From contig JAOAHO010000008.1 in the NCBI GenBank assembly GCA_026415195.1, forward strand, positions 7,178 through 71,177: DNA of 64,000 nucleotides, in the 5' to 3' direction. The translations under genes were made by a program, and so were the position numbers. How positions within the stretch are numbered: the first letter of the stretch is position 1; every line of letters begins with the position of its first letter. This DNA comes from Bacteroidia bacterium (GTDB lineage: Bacteria; Bacteroidota; Bacteroidia; B-17B0; Aurantibacillaceae). The notes below the pieces were generated by a model, which saw only the letters and a list, made by a program, of their open reading frames with translations, was not told the DNA's origin and ran no database searches. Shown one piece after another: positions 49,588 through 61,683 of the stretch.

Positions 49588-50578
49588 AAGCTTTTTGATT
49601 TTTATTTTTCAACATGAAATAAAATAATAATATCCCAAGTGAACCCATCATTCCTGCCAATGCCAGCAAAAAGCGCTTTGGCCTGTCGGGAAATTCGTCG
49701 CGTATGCTTTTTTGCAGCACAAAAACAGCAGGTAAAATTCTCCGGGCATTCACTTTAGCTTCATCGTATTTCGATTTTATAACGGGAAATTTAAACCTGT
49801 ATTTTCTCAGGTTTTCGCTTAAATGCAAATACAATCCACCGTATTGTTCAAGTTTTTGCATTTCAGCTTTAATCCTTTCCATGGCAGCCCTGTCATTTTT
49901 TTCCAGGGATTTGGCATAGCTTTTCGCATAGGCCTCGGCCTGTGCTTTATATTCCAAAATTCCGAGTTTTCTGAGTTTCTGCAAAGTATCTTCAATTAAA
50001 TTCATTTCCTTAATAGTATTTTCATACTCTTCTCTTACAATATTCAGAGCATGCTCGGCAACGGGCTTAATCATTCGGAATCGCAATGTATCGGTATACA
50101 TAGCAATGGCATGGCTTAGTTCTGCTGCCCCCGCAGAAGTGTAATCCCAAACTTCTATTTTTATTACATTATATACTGTTTTTTTGATTTGTACCTGATT
50201 TTTCCATTTATTTTTCATGTAAAAAAGTGATTTTTCAGTATCTTTTTTTATTTTCCATCTGTCCCAAAGATTAAAGCGGTTGAAAATTTCCATTTTCATG
50301 GCATCGGAATTCATGATTTCCAAAATTTTCTCGGCATCATCTTCATCGCCCAATAACATGTAATCTTCTTGATTTCCTACATTCTGCTCGATAAGCAATT
50401 TGGATACGGAAAACTGCCTGATGGGAAATACCAAGGTAACGGATTTGTATTGAGGCGACATCAAATATGTAGATATGTATATCAGAATAAAACTAAAAAG
50501 AGCCGTTGCTAAAAACAAGTTTTTGTTTTTTAAAAACACATTTCGGATTATTATAGTTAAAGAATTTTGATCCTGCAT
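49580..50578 (-). CDS. Wzz-like polysaccharide chain-length determinant protein (paralog, no kinase domain)
   Basis: 332 aa with the same architecture (TM, SPQYKS...VFP, coiled coil, C-terminal TM). Confidence 0.65.
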   Translation of the reverse strand: MQDQNSLTIIIRNVFLKNKNLFLATALFSFILIYISTYLMSPQYKSVTLVFPIRQFSVSKLLIEQNVGNQEDYMLLGDEDDAEKILEIMNSDAMKMEIFNRFNLWDRWKIKKDTEKSLFYMKNKWKNQVQIKKTVYNVIKIEVWDYTSAGAAELSHAIAMYTDTLRFRMIKPVAEHALNIVREEYENTIKEMNLIEDTLQKLRKLGILEYKAQAEAYAKSYAKSLEKNDRAAMERIKAEMQKLEQYGGLYLHLSENLRKYRFKFPVIKSKYDEAKVNARRILPAVFVLQKSIRDEFPDRPKRFLLALAGMMGSLGILLFYFMLKNKNQKAYE

Positions 50579-50581
50579 ACG

Positions 50582-52036
50582 TTAATTAAAATTAAATGAC
50601 ATAAGCTTTTTGACTTTTTTAGGATGAATCAGGCGGGTAGCAAAAGCCAAAACGCCGCTAAAACACAAGAAAAGCGTAAAATTTAATATCCAGGGCTCAA
50701 AAAGATTTTTAGTTATCAAAACACAAATCAGGGAACCGGTCATAAAACCCATAAACGACAGAATCAACGATTTATTGACCGGAAAATTAAAAATTTTAAA
50801 ACTCATCCAAATCTGAAATGCAGCAGTGGAAAACTGCGTAACTAAACTTGATATGGCTGCCCCCATGGCTTCAAACCGAGGAATTAATATTAAATTCAGG
50901 ATAAAATTCAACACAATACCCCCGAAAGCCATTAAGTTTAAATAATACAAGTTGCCATTGGCTGTAAGTAGAGTACCAAATATATATGTTGCCGAAATTG
51001 CCGTAAAGCATAGCATTAATACGGCTAGAATTCTATATCCCTCGGTTTGACCTTTATAGAGCAATGCACTAAATTCTTCAGCATAAAAATAGGTGGACAA
51101 TGACACGATCATGGCAGGAGTGATAAGCAATAATACAGAGGTTTTTACAATTTGCGAAACATTCTGTTGTTCTTTAATCATTTTGCTGAAAATAGGGAGT
51201 AATTGAACAGAAAACAAGTAGGCAATCATGTTTGCTGCATCCAAAAGACGAAAAGCTTTGGCATACAATCCGCTTTGAATTTTACCTTCTATCCCGGGCA
51301 ATAGTTTTTCAATCATCACACTATCAAGACGATTATAAAAAGTCATTAACAGTACCAGAATGGCAAAAGGAAAACTTTTTTTGATAATTAACAAATTAAA
51401 ATGCATGTCCCAATCCAGTTTTAATTTTCCGCTGTGTTTTAAAACAAAATAAAGTGCTGTAATCGTCGTTATGCCATATCCCAAAGTTTGAGCATAAACA
51501 AAATTCATGATATTTACTTCCATAGGCAAAATTTTCAGAAATAAAATCAGCATGACCAATATCATAATCAGGCGATCTAACACTGAAATGATGCTGTCGA
51601 TTTTGAACAAATGCAATGCCAAAAGATTAGAACGCAGGTATAAAATAAAACTCAATAAAAAACTGTTGAAGCAAAGAATAACAAGCAATTTTAAGTAACG
51701 TATATCGTATTTCATAAAAAAGGCAGCCAAAAACATAGTGACGGCAAAATAAAATACCCCCAGCACCAACTTCAGCGTAAACATTTTATTGAAGTGTTTT
51801 TCCAGGAGATGGGAATGCCTGGATATGTTACGGTTATTGAAATTGGTAAGCCCAAAGTCCAGCAATATATTCAGCAGCAATGAAAAATTAAAAAGCACAA
51901 AATATTCCCCGTACAAAGCATTTCCCACTTCTAACTGAACTTTGGGTTCTATCCCCAAAATCCAAAAGGGCTTAATCAGAAGATTAAGCAAAACCAAAAC
52001 AACAATGTCAATTACAAATTTTTTCTTTTGAACCAA
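50582..52036 (-). CDS. Oligosaccharide flippase (Wzx / MOP superfamily)
   Basis: 484 aa with about 12-14 TM helices and a polysaccharide-biosynthesis-protein pattern. The start is TTG. Confidence 0.75.
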   Translation of the reverse strand: MVQKKKFVIDIVVLVLLNLLIKPFWILGIEPKVQLEVGNALYGEYFVLFNFSLLLNILLDFGLTNFNNRNISRHSHLLEKHFNKMFTLKLVLGVFYFAVTMFLAAFFMKYDIRYLKLLVILCFNSFLLSFILYLRSNLLALHLFKIDSIISVLDRLIMILVMLILFLKILPMEVNIMNFVYAQTLGYGITTITALYFVLKHSGKLKLDWDMHFNLLIIKKSFPFAILVLLMTFYNRLDSVMIEKLLPGIEGKIQSGLYAKAFRLLDAANMIAYLFSVQLLPIFSKMIKEQQNVSQIVKTSVLLLITPAMIVSLSTYFYAEEFSALLYKGQTEGYRILAVLMLCFTAISATYIFGTLLTANGNLYYLNLMAFGGIVLNFILNLILIPRFEAMGAAISSLVTQFSTAAFQIWMSFKIFNFPVNKSLILSFMGFMTGSLICVLITKNLFEPWILNFTLFLCFSGVLAFATRLIHPKKVKKLMSFNFN

Positions 52037-52074
52037 GCGAGGGCAAAAATAAATAAATTAAATTTACTGGTTTA

Positions 52075-53217
52075 ATGGAATATGCCCATACCATAGCCGT
52101 CAATGCCCGATTGCTCCTGAAAGGCAAGCTGGAAGGCATGGGAAGATTTTCGGACGAAATACTCAAAAGGATTACGGCTTCCATGCCCGATTGCCATTTT
52201 ATCTTCTTTTTCGACAGACCATATGACGACTCATTCATTTACGGCCCAAACATAACGCCTATAGTTTGCTCCCCCCCTACCCGGCATGTTTTTTTATATT
52301 ACTGGTGGCTGCAACATTCCATCAGGCCCATATTGAATAAACTTAAACCCGATTTATTCTTCTCTCCGGACGGCCTTTGCATTCTTGGGTCAGACATTCC
52401 GCAAATTCCCGTTATCCATGATTTGAACTTCGAGCACCACCCGGAATTTCACCGATTCTGGGCAAGAAAATATTATCGTTATTTCTTCCCGAAATTTGCC
52501 AAAATTGCTCAACATATTTTTACCGTATCGGAATTCAGTAAAAATGATATTATCCAAACCTACCATGTTGACGGAAACAAAATTTCGGTAGTTTATAACG
52601 GTATCAGCCAAAACTTCTACCCCATTACGGAAGATGAAAAAATAAGCACACGGAAAAAATATACCGGCGGAAGGCCTTATTTTGTGTATGTAGGATCGCT
52701 GCACCCCCGCAAAAACATCATCGGGCTTCTGCGGTCATTTTCGGAATTTAAAAAAATGAAAAATTCCAATTTAGCCCTGGTGCTTGCCGGGCCTATGTAT
52801 TGGGGATTGAAAGAAATTTACCATACATTGAAATCATTAAGCATTGAAAACGATGTGATTTTCACACACCGCCTGCCTGATATCGAATTAAACAAAGTTG
52901 TAGGTTCGGCGGCCGCTATGGTATATATACCTTTTTTTGAAGGTTTCGGTATACCTGTGATTGAAGCATTTGCGTCAGAAGTGCCCGTGATTTGTTCCAA
53001 TGTTACAAGTTTGCCTGAAGTTGCAGGACAAGCTGCATTTCTTGTAAATCCGCATAAGCCCGATGAAGTGGCCATGGCCATGAAATACCTTTTGGAGAAC
53101 GAACACGAAACCCAAGAAAAAATTCATCTCGGCAGAGAACAACTAAAAAAATTTTCTTGGGACGAAAGCGCAAAAGTAGCAGTCAGAATTTTAAGTAATT
53201 ACATCAAAAAGAACTAG
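52075..53217 (+). CDS. GT4 (GT-B fold) glycosyltransferase
   Basis: 380 aa. The C-terminal half carries the EGFGIPVIEA motif typical of retaining GT4 enzymes. Confidence 0.85.
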   Translation: MEYAHTIAVNARLLLKGKLEGMGRFSDEILKRITASMPDCHFIFFFDRPYDDSFIYGPNITPIVCSPPTRHVFLYYWWLQHSIRPILNKLKPDLFFSPDGLCILGSDIPQIPVIHDLNFEHHPEFHRFWARKYYRYFFPKFAKIAQHIFTVSEFSKNDIIQTYHVDGNKISVVYNGISQNFYPITEDEKISTRKKYTGGRPYFVYVGSLHPRKNIIGLLRSFSEFKKMKNSNLALVLAGPMYWGLKEIYHTLKSLSIENDVIFTHRLPDIELNKVVGSAAAMVYIPFFEGFGIPVIEAFASEVPVICSNVTSLPEVAGQAAFLVNPHKPDEVAMAMKYLLENEHETQEKIHLGREQLKKFSWDESAKVAVRILSNYIKKN

Positions 53218-53220
53218 GGC

Positions 53221-53757
53221 ATGAAGTTAAAAAGCATTTATCATTTTGAGAATGACGGTATTCATTTTGAACGTTATTGTTTTTATTTCAGTTCAATAAA
53301 TAAAAACAAAAAACTTCCTGTTCACAGAATCAATGCTGTGAATTTTCAAACCATTCCCTATTCTTTAATCATTGATTTCAGGGAAGTAATTTTTTTGAAT
53401 CATGGTGATGTGTCAATCAGAAACTATGCTTTAAAAAATAATATACCCGCCTCCAATCATCCAGATTTGTGGGCTATTCTCAATGAAGAATTTTTGGATA
53501 CCGAACAATCAGCAGATGCTGTGAATGAGAGAATAAAATTTCTTTCAAAATTTGGTATTGATAAAAACAAAATAGACAAAATCAGGAGGAAAAACAAATG
53601 GTTATTTTCAGGAACATACGAATGGCAATATCTCGGACATTGGGATTTACTTGCCTATCAGCAAAATCGTAACCCCTTTTACCGTTTATTCGGGAAAAAA
53701 TTTTATTGGGAAAGCATGAAGATAGCGCTTTCGGGATATAAATTCGATAAAAACTAA
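53221..53757 (+). CDS. Hypothetical protein
   Basis: 178 aa with no signal peptide and no family recognised. It lies 3 nt downstream of the GT4 gene. Confidence 0.5.
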   Translation: MKLKSIYHFENDGIHFERYCFYFSSINKNKKLPVHRINAVNFQTIPYSLIIDFREVIFLNHGDVSIRNYALKNNIPASNHPDLWAILNEEFLDTEQSADAVNERIKFLSKFGIDKNKIDKIRRKNKWLFSGTYEWQYLGHWDLLAYQQNRNPFYRLFGKKFYWESMKIALSGYKFDKN

Positions 53758-53776
53758 ACCCTTCCCAATTTATAGA

Positions 53777-53804
53777 GCAGTTTTTGATGGCTCCAAAAAG
53801 CTGC
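53777..53804. terminator. Possible bidirectional terminator hairpin between convergent genes
   Basis: GCAGTTTTT-loop-AAAAAGCTGC is an imperfect stem with one extra base and A/T runs on both sides. It sits between the stops at 53757 (+) and 53805 (-). Confidence 0.4.
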
Positions 53805-54860
53805 CTAAAAGGTTTCTTTTTCTAAGTAAGGCAACCCAAACTCATGGGCTGTTTGCTTTACGATTTTGGAAAGTTTGGAATAATGAATATGAGATATGGT
53901 CGGGAACAAATGATGCTCTACCTGATGGTTTAATCCTCCCGTAAGCCAGGTGAGTAATCTGTTTTTTGTACCGAAATTCATGGTGGTGTGCAATTGGTGA
54001 GTAGCCCAATCATTATCCATATTTTGACCGTCGGATGAAACAGGAAAACCGGTTTCGGTTACCACATGAGCCATTTGAAATACGACAGATAGTATAAACC
54101 CTGCGGTGAAATGTAATGTTAAAAAGCCCACTATCCATTGCCAAAATTTTAAATCAGAAATCAGGAAATAGGGCAATAACATATAAGAAAAATAAAACAT
54201 TTTAGTAATTACGATCACTCCCAGTTCTTTTTTCAAATTCGTATTGGATGCTTTTAAATGTCCAATGTTATTGTAGCGAAAAATTTGAATAAAGTCCTTA
54301 ATCAAAATCCAATTCAGTGTCAGCAAGCCATAAAAAAACCAGGCATAAATAAACTGAAAACGATGGATAAACCTGCGGACGGAATGGGGCTCGAAGCGAA
54401 GGAAAAAAGGCACGTCAATATCTTCATCGTGCCTGTGAATGTTTGTAAAAGTATGATGGATTACGTTATATTGAATTTTCCAGTTTAAGTAATGCCCACC
54501 TCCCAAATTCAAAGTAAAGCTCAGCAACTTATTCACCCGGGATTTTTTGCTGAACGAACTGTGAGCGGCATCATGCATCACTCCCATCCCAATCCCTGCC
54601 ATGGAAAGGCCCATAAAAAATGACATGAGCCACATCATGAGTTTACTATCAAAAACACTAAATAATATCATGAAATAGGAAGTGGCATAAACGGCTAACA
54701 TAAATAATGCCTTAAAATATAGGCGATAATCTCCGGTCTTGCTCAGTGAATTTTCTTGAAAATACGCATCAACTCTTTTCTTCAATTCCAAATAGAATCT
54801 TCGGTTGGAATTGTTAAAGCGAATAACATTTTGTTGCAACATGAAGGCCCTATGATACAA
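53805..54860 (-). CDS. Membrane fatty-acid desaturase (three His boxes)
   Basis: 351 aa with the His boxes HDAAH, NVIHH and HQVEHHLFP. The true start may be the downstream ATG (MLQQNV...). Confidence 0.85.
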   Translation of the reverse strand: MYHRAFMLQQNVIRFNNSNRRFYLELKKRVDAYFQENSLSKTGDYRLYFKALFMLAVYATSYFMILFSVFDSKLMMWLMSFFMGLSMAGIGMGVMHDAAHSSFSKKSRVNKLLSFTLNLGGGHYLNWKIQYNVIHHTFTNIHRHDEDIDVPFFLRFEPHSVRRFIHRFQFIYAWFFYGLLTLNWILIKDFIQIFRYNNIGHLKASNTNLKKELGVIVITKMFYFSYMLLPYFLISDLKFWQWIVGFLTLHFTAGFILSVVFQMAHVVTETGFPVSSDGQNMDNDWATHQLHTTMNFGTKNRLLTWLTGGLNHQVEHHLFPTISHIHYSKLSKIVKQTAHEFGLPYLEKETF

Positions 54861-54881
54861 TTTATATTTTGCCTGTTTATA

Positions 54882-55607
54882 TTAAATTTTTATTGAATCT
54901 AATATCCAACTTGATGTATCAAAAACCAAAAATTGATCTTTCATGTACCCATTTTTTAATATAAACTTCAGGGCTTCCAATGATAGCATCATTCCCGCCA
55001 TACCCGGCACAGGGCCAAAAACTCCGTTTTCCGAGCATGCAGGAACTTCGCCTGGTAACGGAGGTTCGGGGAATATATGGCGAAGGTTTTTTTCTGAAGG
55101 CAAATCAAACAAAAACATCTGGATCTGATATCCTAAAATACTGGCCGAAAGTAAAGGTTTATTCAGGCGCACACATACATCATTAACGGCATAACGAGTT
55201 TTGAAATTGTCGGTTCCGTCAATCACTAAATCATATTGTTGCACTAAATCAGGCAAATTATTTTCATCGGCTTTTAAAGAATAAAAATTTACTTTCTGAA
55301 AATCATACGGCTTTATTTTTTCTCTTAATACTTCCGTTTTTTTTCTTCCTTCATCATTTGGATCGTACCAAAATTGCCGATGAATATTCGTTATATCTAC
55401 ATCATCAAAATCAACCACACCAATGGTGCCCACACCTGCCCTTTGCAGATAGGTTAATACCGGACAACCGATTCCGCCTGCACCAACAATTAATATTTTG
55501 GATTGGATAATTTTATTCTGCCCCTCCACCCCCACATCGTCAAGAATGATTTGTCTTAAAAACAAACGGAAATGATCTTTTTCCATATCAGTAAATTTCG
55601 GAGGCAA
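54882..55607 (-). CDS. thiF: ThiF/MoeB/HesA family adenylyltransferase
   Basis: 241 aa with the Rossmann motif VGAGGIGCP. It is the last gene of the thi operon. Confidence 0.8.
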   Translation of the reverse strand: MPPKFTDMEKDHFRLFLRQIILDDVGVEGQNKIIQSKILIVGAGGIGCPVLTYLQRAGVGTIGVVDFDDVDITNIHRQFWYDPNDEGRKKTEVLREKIKPYDFQKVNFYSLKADENNLPDLVQQYDLVIDGTDNFKTRYAVNDVCVRLNKPLLSASILGYQIQMFLFDLPSEKNLRHIFPEPPLPGEVPACSENGVFGPVPGMAGMMLSLEALKFILKNGYMKDQFLVFDTSSWILDSIKI

Positions 55608-56706
55608 ACCAGTTTTTCATCATAGGATCCAACCCTTTTTTTCGTATGCTTTCCTTGATTTCTTCCAAAGTACGGTGATCATCCGTATGAAATTGTTCCA
55701 AGGCATCGCCTTGCGTATATCCGCCCGGATGGGTTTTAGATTCCGCACTCATATGTGTAACACCATATGAAAGTATTTGATCTCTGATATGAGGCGATTC
55801 ACGTGTGGATAACGTAATTTCCAAATCCGGAAAGCAAATGCGGTAGGCCGCCATCAATTGAGCCAGTTCTTTATGTGAAAATACGGACGGGTGAATATCT
55901 ACTCCCTCTGCAGGGCGGATGCGCGGAAATGAAACAGAAAATCTGGTTTGCCAGTATTTTTTCTGAAGGAAATCAAGATGCATGGCACATAGCAGTGAAT
56001 CTAACCTCCAGTCATCCAAGCCAATCAATACCCCCAACCCGCAATGATGCATCCCGGCATTACAAACCCTTTCAGGGCATTCCAGCCGGAATTCAAAATT
56101 TGATTTTTTTCCTTTCGGATGCACTTTTGCATAAGTGGAACGGATATAGGTTTCCTGATATACTAAAATTGAATACACTCCTCTTTGATGAAGTAACCGA
56201 TAGTCGGTTTCCTCAAGGGGCTGTACTTCCATGGCTACAGACGAAAATAAAGGAATAAAAACATCAAGGGCATTCATAAAATACTCCATACCGACGGATT
56301 TTTGGGCTTCACCGGTTACCAATAAAACATGCTCAAACCCTTTTTTCTTTAAAAACTCTGCTTCCTTTGCAAGTTCGGCCTTAGTGAGCGTCTTTCGCGG
56401 AATTTTATTTGTAAAACTAAAACCGCAGTAGGTGCAAATGTTTTGGCACTCATTGCTCAAATAAATGGGGGCAAATAATTGAATAACATTCCCGAACCTT
56501 TTTCTTGTTACGGAAGCCGACTCATTTAATAATAGAGGAAGGAATTTAGATGCCCCGGGGCTGATGAGGGCAATAAAGTTTTTTAAGGAAAATTTTTTTT
56601 GATTTAATGCTGTGTGTATATCATGAACTGAAACATCGTTCAGGGTTTGATAATATGCGTCGAAATCAAATTTTGAGAGTATGTCTGAAAAAGAAGTATG
56701 CTTCAT
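55588..56706 (-). CDS. thiH: 2-iminoacetate synthase (radical SAM tyrosine lyase)
   Basis: 372 aa with the radical-SAM CxxxCxxC motif ([10 protein letters not shown]) in a thi operon context. Confidence 0.9.
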   Translation of the reverse strand: MKHTSFSDILSKFDFDAYYQTLNDVSVHDIHTALNQKKFSLKNFIALISPGASKFLPLLLNESASVTRKRFGNVIQLFAPIYLSNECQNICTYCGFSFTNKIPRKTLTKAELAKEAEFLKKKGFEHVLLVTGEAQKSVGMEYFMNALDVFIPLFSSVAMEVQPLEETDYRLLHQRGVYSILVYQETYIRSTYAKVHPKGKKSNFEFRLECPERVCNAGMHHCGLGVLIGLDDWRLDSLLCAMHLDFLQKKYWQTRFSVSFPRIRPAEGVDIHPSVFSHKELAQLMAAYRICFPDLEITLSTRESPHIRDQILSYGVTHMSAESKTHPGGYTQGDALEQFHTDDHRTLEEIKESIRKKGLDPMMKNWFASEIY

Positions 56707-57479
56707 AATTCATCAAGCCATTCCATAGGGCTGCTTGCAGAGGCCGTAAGCGACTGGGAACCAAGGCCGGAAAGGCGGGCCATTCGCCCCGCTTCCATAG
56801 CTTTTTTGAATGCTGCAGCCATTTCCACCGGATTGGAAGCCACGGCAATGGCTGTATTAACCAACACGGCATCCGCCCCGATTTCCATGGCTTTGGCGGC
56901 ATCGGATGGTGCCCCTATCCCTGCATCCACCACCACCGGAACAGAACTTTGTTCAATAATGATCTGTAAAAATTCCAGGGTTTTTAATCCCAAATTCGAA
57001 CCTATCGGGCTGCCCAAAGGCATCACGGCTGCTGTACCCACTTCCTCCAGGCGCTTGCACAAAACAGGGTCGGCATGCACGTAGGGCAATACGACAAAAC
57101 CTTTTTTAACCAAAACTTCAGCTGCTTTCAGGGTTTCAACCGGATCTGGCATCAGATAACGGGGATCGGGATGAATTTCGAGTTTTATCCAATTAGATCC
57201 GGTGGCTTCTCTGGCTAATTCCGACAAAAAAACCGCTTCTTCTGCATTCCTTGCACCCGAGGTGTTGGGAAGCAAAACCAAATCGTCTGATCGTGGGATG
57301 AAGTTTAAAATATCTTCGTTTTTATTGTTCCTATCCACCCTCCGAAAAGCCACCGTTACCATTTGCGTTCCCGATGCTTCAATGGCTTCCTTCATCACTT
57401 GCCCGGAACTGAATTTTCCGGTTCCCAAAAACAGTCGTGAACGGAATTCCTTACCGGCTATAACTAATACATCAGGCAT
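56703..57479 (-). CDS. thiG: Thiazole synthase
   Basis: [16 protein letters not shown] and [10 protein letters not shown] motifs are present. I place the start at the internal ATG ([10 protein letters not shown]). The track ORF starts at 57503. Confidence 0.92.
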   Translation of the reverse strand: MPDVLVIAGKEFRSRLFLGTGKFSSGQVMKEAIEASGTQMVTVAFRRVDRNNKNEDILNFIPRSDDLVLLPNTSGARNAEEAVFLSELAREATGSNWIKLEIHPDPRYLMPDPVETLKAAEVLVKKGFVVLPYVHADPVLCKRLEEVGTAAVMPLGSPIGSNLGLKTLEFLQIIIEQSSVPVVVDAGIGAPSDAAKAMEIGADAVLVNTAIAVASNPVEMAAAFKKAMEAGRMARLSGLGSQSLTASASSPMEWLDEL

Positions 57480-58098
57480 AAAGTAACGTATTGTATTGTT
57501 CAATTTTCTTTTTTATTTCATTCAATCCTCCTTCCGTGAGGTCGGTAGAGACAGCCACCCCATAGCATCCGGCATCCATCAAACTTTCCACATCCTCTGT
57601 TTTTATTCCCCCAATGGCATAAACAGGTACAGGGCTTTTTAAATTTCGGAGTATTATTTTTATTCCGTTTATTCCTAAAGGCTCTGCAAGTTTTTTTTTG
57701 GTTGGCGTATATCGTAATGGCCCAAAGCCAATGTAATCCACAGGTTCCTGCATACACCTTATTAAATCATCCTTGTTATTTGCCGTTGCCCCGATGATAA
57801 GATTTTTGTTTCCGGATTTTTTCCTGATAAGCGAAGGCAAGGTATCCTCTTTTCCGACATGCACTCCGTCGGCATTTAGTCTGATGGCAACATCGTCATA
57901 ATCATTAATAATACAAATCGCATCATATTCCCTGCAAACACGGATCATTTTTTCATACCATGACAAGGAAACTGTTGCATGCAATTCTTTCAGGCGTATC
58001 TGTATCATTTTTACCCCACCCTCCAAGGCATTCATGATATTAAATTCATGATCTGAAATCGAATTACCTTGCGATATGTAATACAGCTTAGGCAACAT
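57472..58098 (-). CDS. thiE: Thiamine-phosphate synthase
   Basis: 208 aa. The ThiE/TMP-TENI fold pattern is present (IQIRLKE, INDY.D.A......GVHVG, IGATA, DYIGFGP, AIGGI). Confidence 0.85.
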   Translation of the reverse strand: MLPKLYYISQGNSISDHEFNIMNALEGGVKMIQIRLKELHATVSLSWYEKMIRVCREYDAICIINDYDDVAIRLNADGVHVGKEDTLPSLIRKKSGNKNLIIGATANNKDDLIRCMQEPVDYIGFGPLRYTPTKKKLAEPLGINGIKIILRNLKSPVPVYAIGGIKTEDVESLMDAGCYGVAVSTDLTEGGLNEIKKKIEQYNTLLYA

Positions 58099-58879
58099 GA
58101 TAAGATAGTTTTCCGGAGTTCGAGTTCAAAATTTTTTCCATGTAAACTTTCGCATGCTGAACAGCCTGTATAAGTTCATCTCCAAGTGCCAAACGGGAAA
58201 CGATGGCTGATGATAGGACACATCCTGTTCCGCGTTTGTCGAAGGAGGAGATTACTTTCGGATTGAATGAAAAAGCCAGGCGGCCAGCAGCATAAAGTTT
58301 ATCGCATCCTTTTTCCTGCTGATGATGCCCTCCTTTTACAAGGATATTCACCTCATTTGAAAGTTCGGATACTTCAATCCGTACAATTTTTTTAAATTCT
58401 TCCCACTCGGGAAGGTTAGGCATAAACAAATAAATTTTTTTTAGTGATCGGATATATTCTTCTTTCTCAATTCGGGGAAGATTAAAGCCCGTAGAAGTGA
58501 ACATAACAGGATCCCAAACAATTTTCGGATCATCAATATGGTGGTGTATTTCATCTGCCAAAGTTTCAATATAAGCATGCGGGCACATCCCGATTTTAAA
58601 AAAACGGGGGCGATAGGTTCTAAGTAATGGCCTGAGTTGTTCTAAAATCGTTTGAAGATCAAGTTCTTTAAATAAAAAGAATTCATTCTCCGTCTGTGCG
58701 GTAATGGCCGTTATCACCCCCATGCCCAACACTTTATGTTGTTCAAAGGTTTTTATGTCGGCAGCAAGGCCTGCTCCGCCGCAGGGATCCCATGCGGCTA
58801 TGGATAACACCGTCGGCCTTTCATAAGAATGGTGGCCTAAGGGCAATTTTGGATCTTGTATCAGGCCTCCTGCTTGCAC
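58088..58879 (-). CDS. thiD: Hydroxymethylpyrimidine/phosphomethylpyrimidine kinase
   Basis: 263 aa of the ribokinase-like family. The DP.GGAG N-terminal motif and the C-terminal GTGC.LSSAI are present. Confidence 0.85.
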   Translation of the reverse strand: MQAGGLIQDPKLPLGHHSYERPTVLSIAAWDPCGGAGLAADIKTFEQHKVLGMGVITAITAQTENEFFLFKELDLQTILEQLRPLLRTYRPRFFKIGMCPHAYIETLADEIHHHIDDPKIVWDPVMFTSTGFNLPRIEKEEYIRSLKKIYLFMPNLPEWEEFKKIVRIEVSELSNEVNILVKGGHHQQEKGCDKLYAAGRLAFSFNPKVISSFDKRGTGCVLSSAIVSRLALGDELIQAVQHAKVYMEKILNSNSGKLSYHVA

Positions 58880-59448
58880 TTTTTTACTATATTAAACATT
58901 TTAACAAAAGCTGCCAACGGATCTGAACTTTCCCACACAGCACCACACACAGCCACATCATCAAACCCAAGTTTCAATGTCTTTTGCAGATTATGCACAT
59001 CCACTCCGCCCAGTGCAACTTTTTTAATGTTACCTGGAATTTTGAAGGCAAAAGGATCAATCCCTGCCGAATGATATCCTTTTTTTGAAATACTGTCCCA
59101 AACAGGGCTGATAAATACATACGAGGTTTTATCGGGCAATGAAACTCTTTCATCTCTGGCATGTAGGGAAAACGAAATTCTTTTGTTGTTATATGTTATC
59201 GGGTTGTAATCATTTCTGTTCTTTGTTGAAAAGTGCAACCCGCCCAGGCCATATTCAGACGCAAGTTCATGAAAATAATGAATGGAAATTTTATGAAAAT
59301 GTTCCGAATTCAACTTATCCAAAAAAATTCTGAGTTGTTTTTCAGCAGCCATGGGCTTACGCACATGAACATAAATATCATACTCTAAAAATCGGTTTAA
59401 CAGATCGGTTTCACCATCGAAAAATATATCTTTGGTAATTAAAATCAT
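58861..59448 (-). CDS. Second ThiE/TenI-family protein (thiamine-phosphate synthase paralog or thiazole tautomerase)
   Basis: 195 aa with a TMP-TENI-like fold and a C-terminal ALGGV...L motif. It lies between thiC and thiD. Confidence 0.65.
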   Translation of the reverse strand: MILITKDIFFDGETDLLNRFLEYDIYVHVRKPMAAEKQLRIFLDKLNSEHFHKISIHYFHELASEYGLGGLHFSTKNRNDYNPITYNNKRISFSLHARDERVSLPDKTSYVFISPVWDSISKKGYHSAGIDPFAFKIPGNIKKVALGGVDVHNLQKTLKLGFDDVAVCGAVWESSDPLAAFVKMFNIVKKCKQEA

Positions 59449-59453
59449 CTTCC

Positions 59454-61494
<2,041 letters not shown>

Positions 61495-61544
61495 CCCTCT
61501 AATTTTAAGCAATTAAATAAAACTTCAGGGATGGCCTCTAAAAA

Positions 61545-61636
61545 CGAGGACTGTGGTAACTTTTTCCCTTCGGCAGCATTACCTGCATCAGGTTCCAAGG
61601 GTATAATCTCAGCCCGTTCTAACGAGCACCCCTAAA
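61545..61636 (-). promoter_or_regulatory. TPP (THI-box) riboswitch controlling the thiS-thiF operon
   Basis: The minus strand reads AGGGGTGCTCGTTAGAACGGGCTGAGATTATACCCTTGGAACCTGATGCAGGTAATGCTGCCGAAGGGAA. It contains the conserved GGGGUGC, CUGAGA, ACCCUU.GAACCUGAU..GGUAAUGC and GGGA elements. Confidence 0.9.
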
Positions 61637-61649
61637 GTTTTATTTAAAA

Positions 61650-61657
61650 CAAAGTTA
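61650..61657 (-). promoter_or_regulatory. Candidate -7 promoter box TAACTTTG for the thi leader
   Basis: Exact TAnnTTTG match on the minus strand, about 15 nt upstream of the riboswitch 5' end. Confidence 0.45.
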
Positions 61658-61671
61658 AACATAAAAATGTT

Positions 61672-61679
61672 TAAATTTG
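61672..61679 (+). promoter_or_regulatory. Candidate -7 promoter box TAAATTTG for the divergent cytochrome-c-like gene
   Basis: Exact TAnnTTTG match ending 4 nt before the ATG at 61684, which implies a leaderless or near-leaderless mRNA. Confidence 0.35.
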
Positions 61680-61683
61680 GTAT

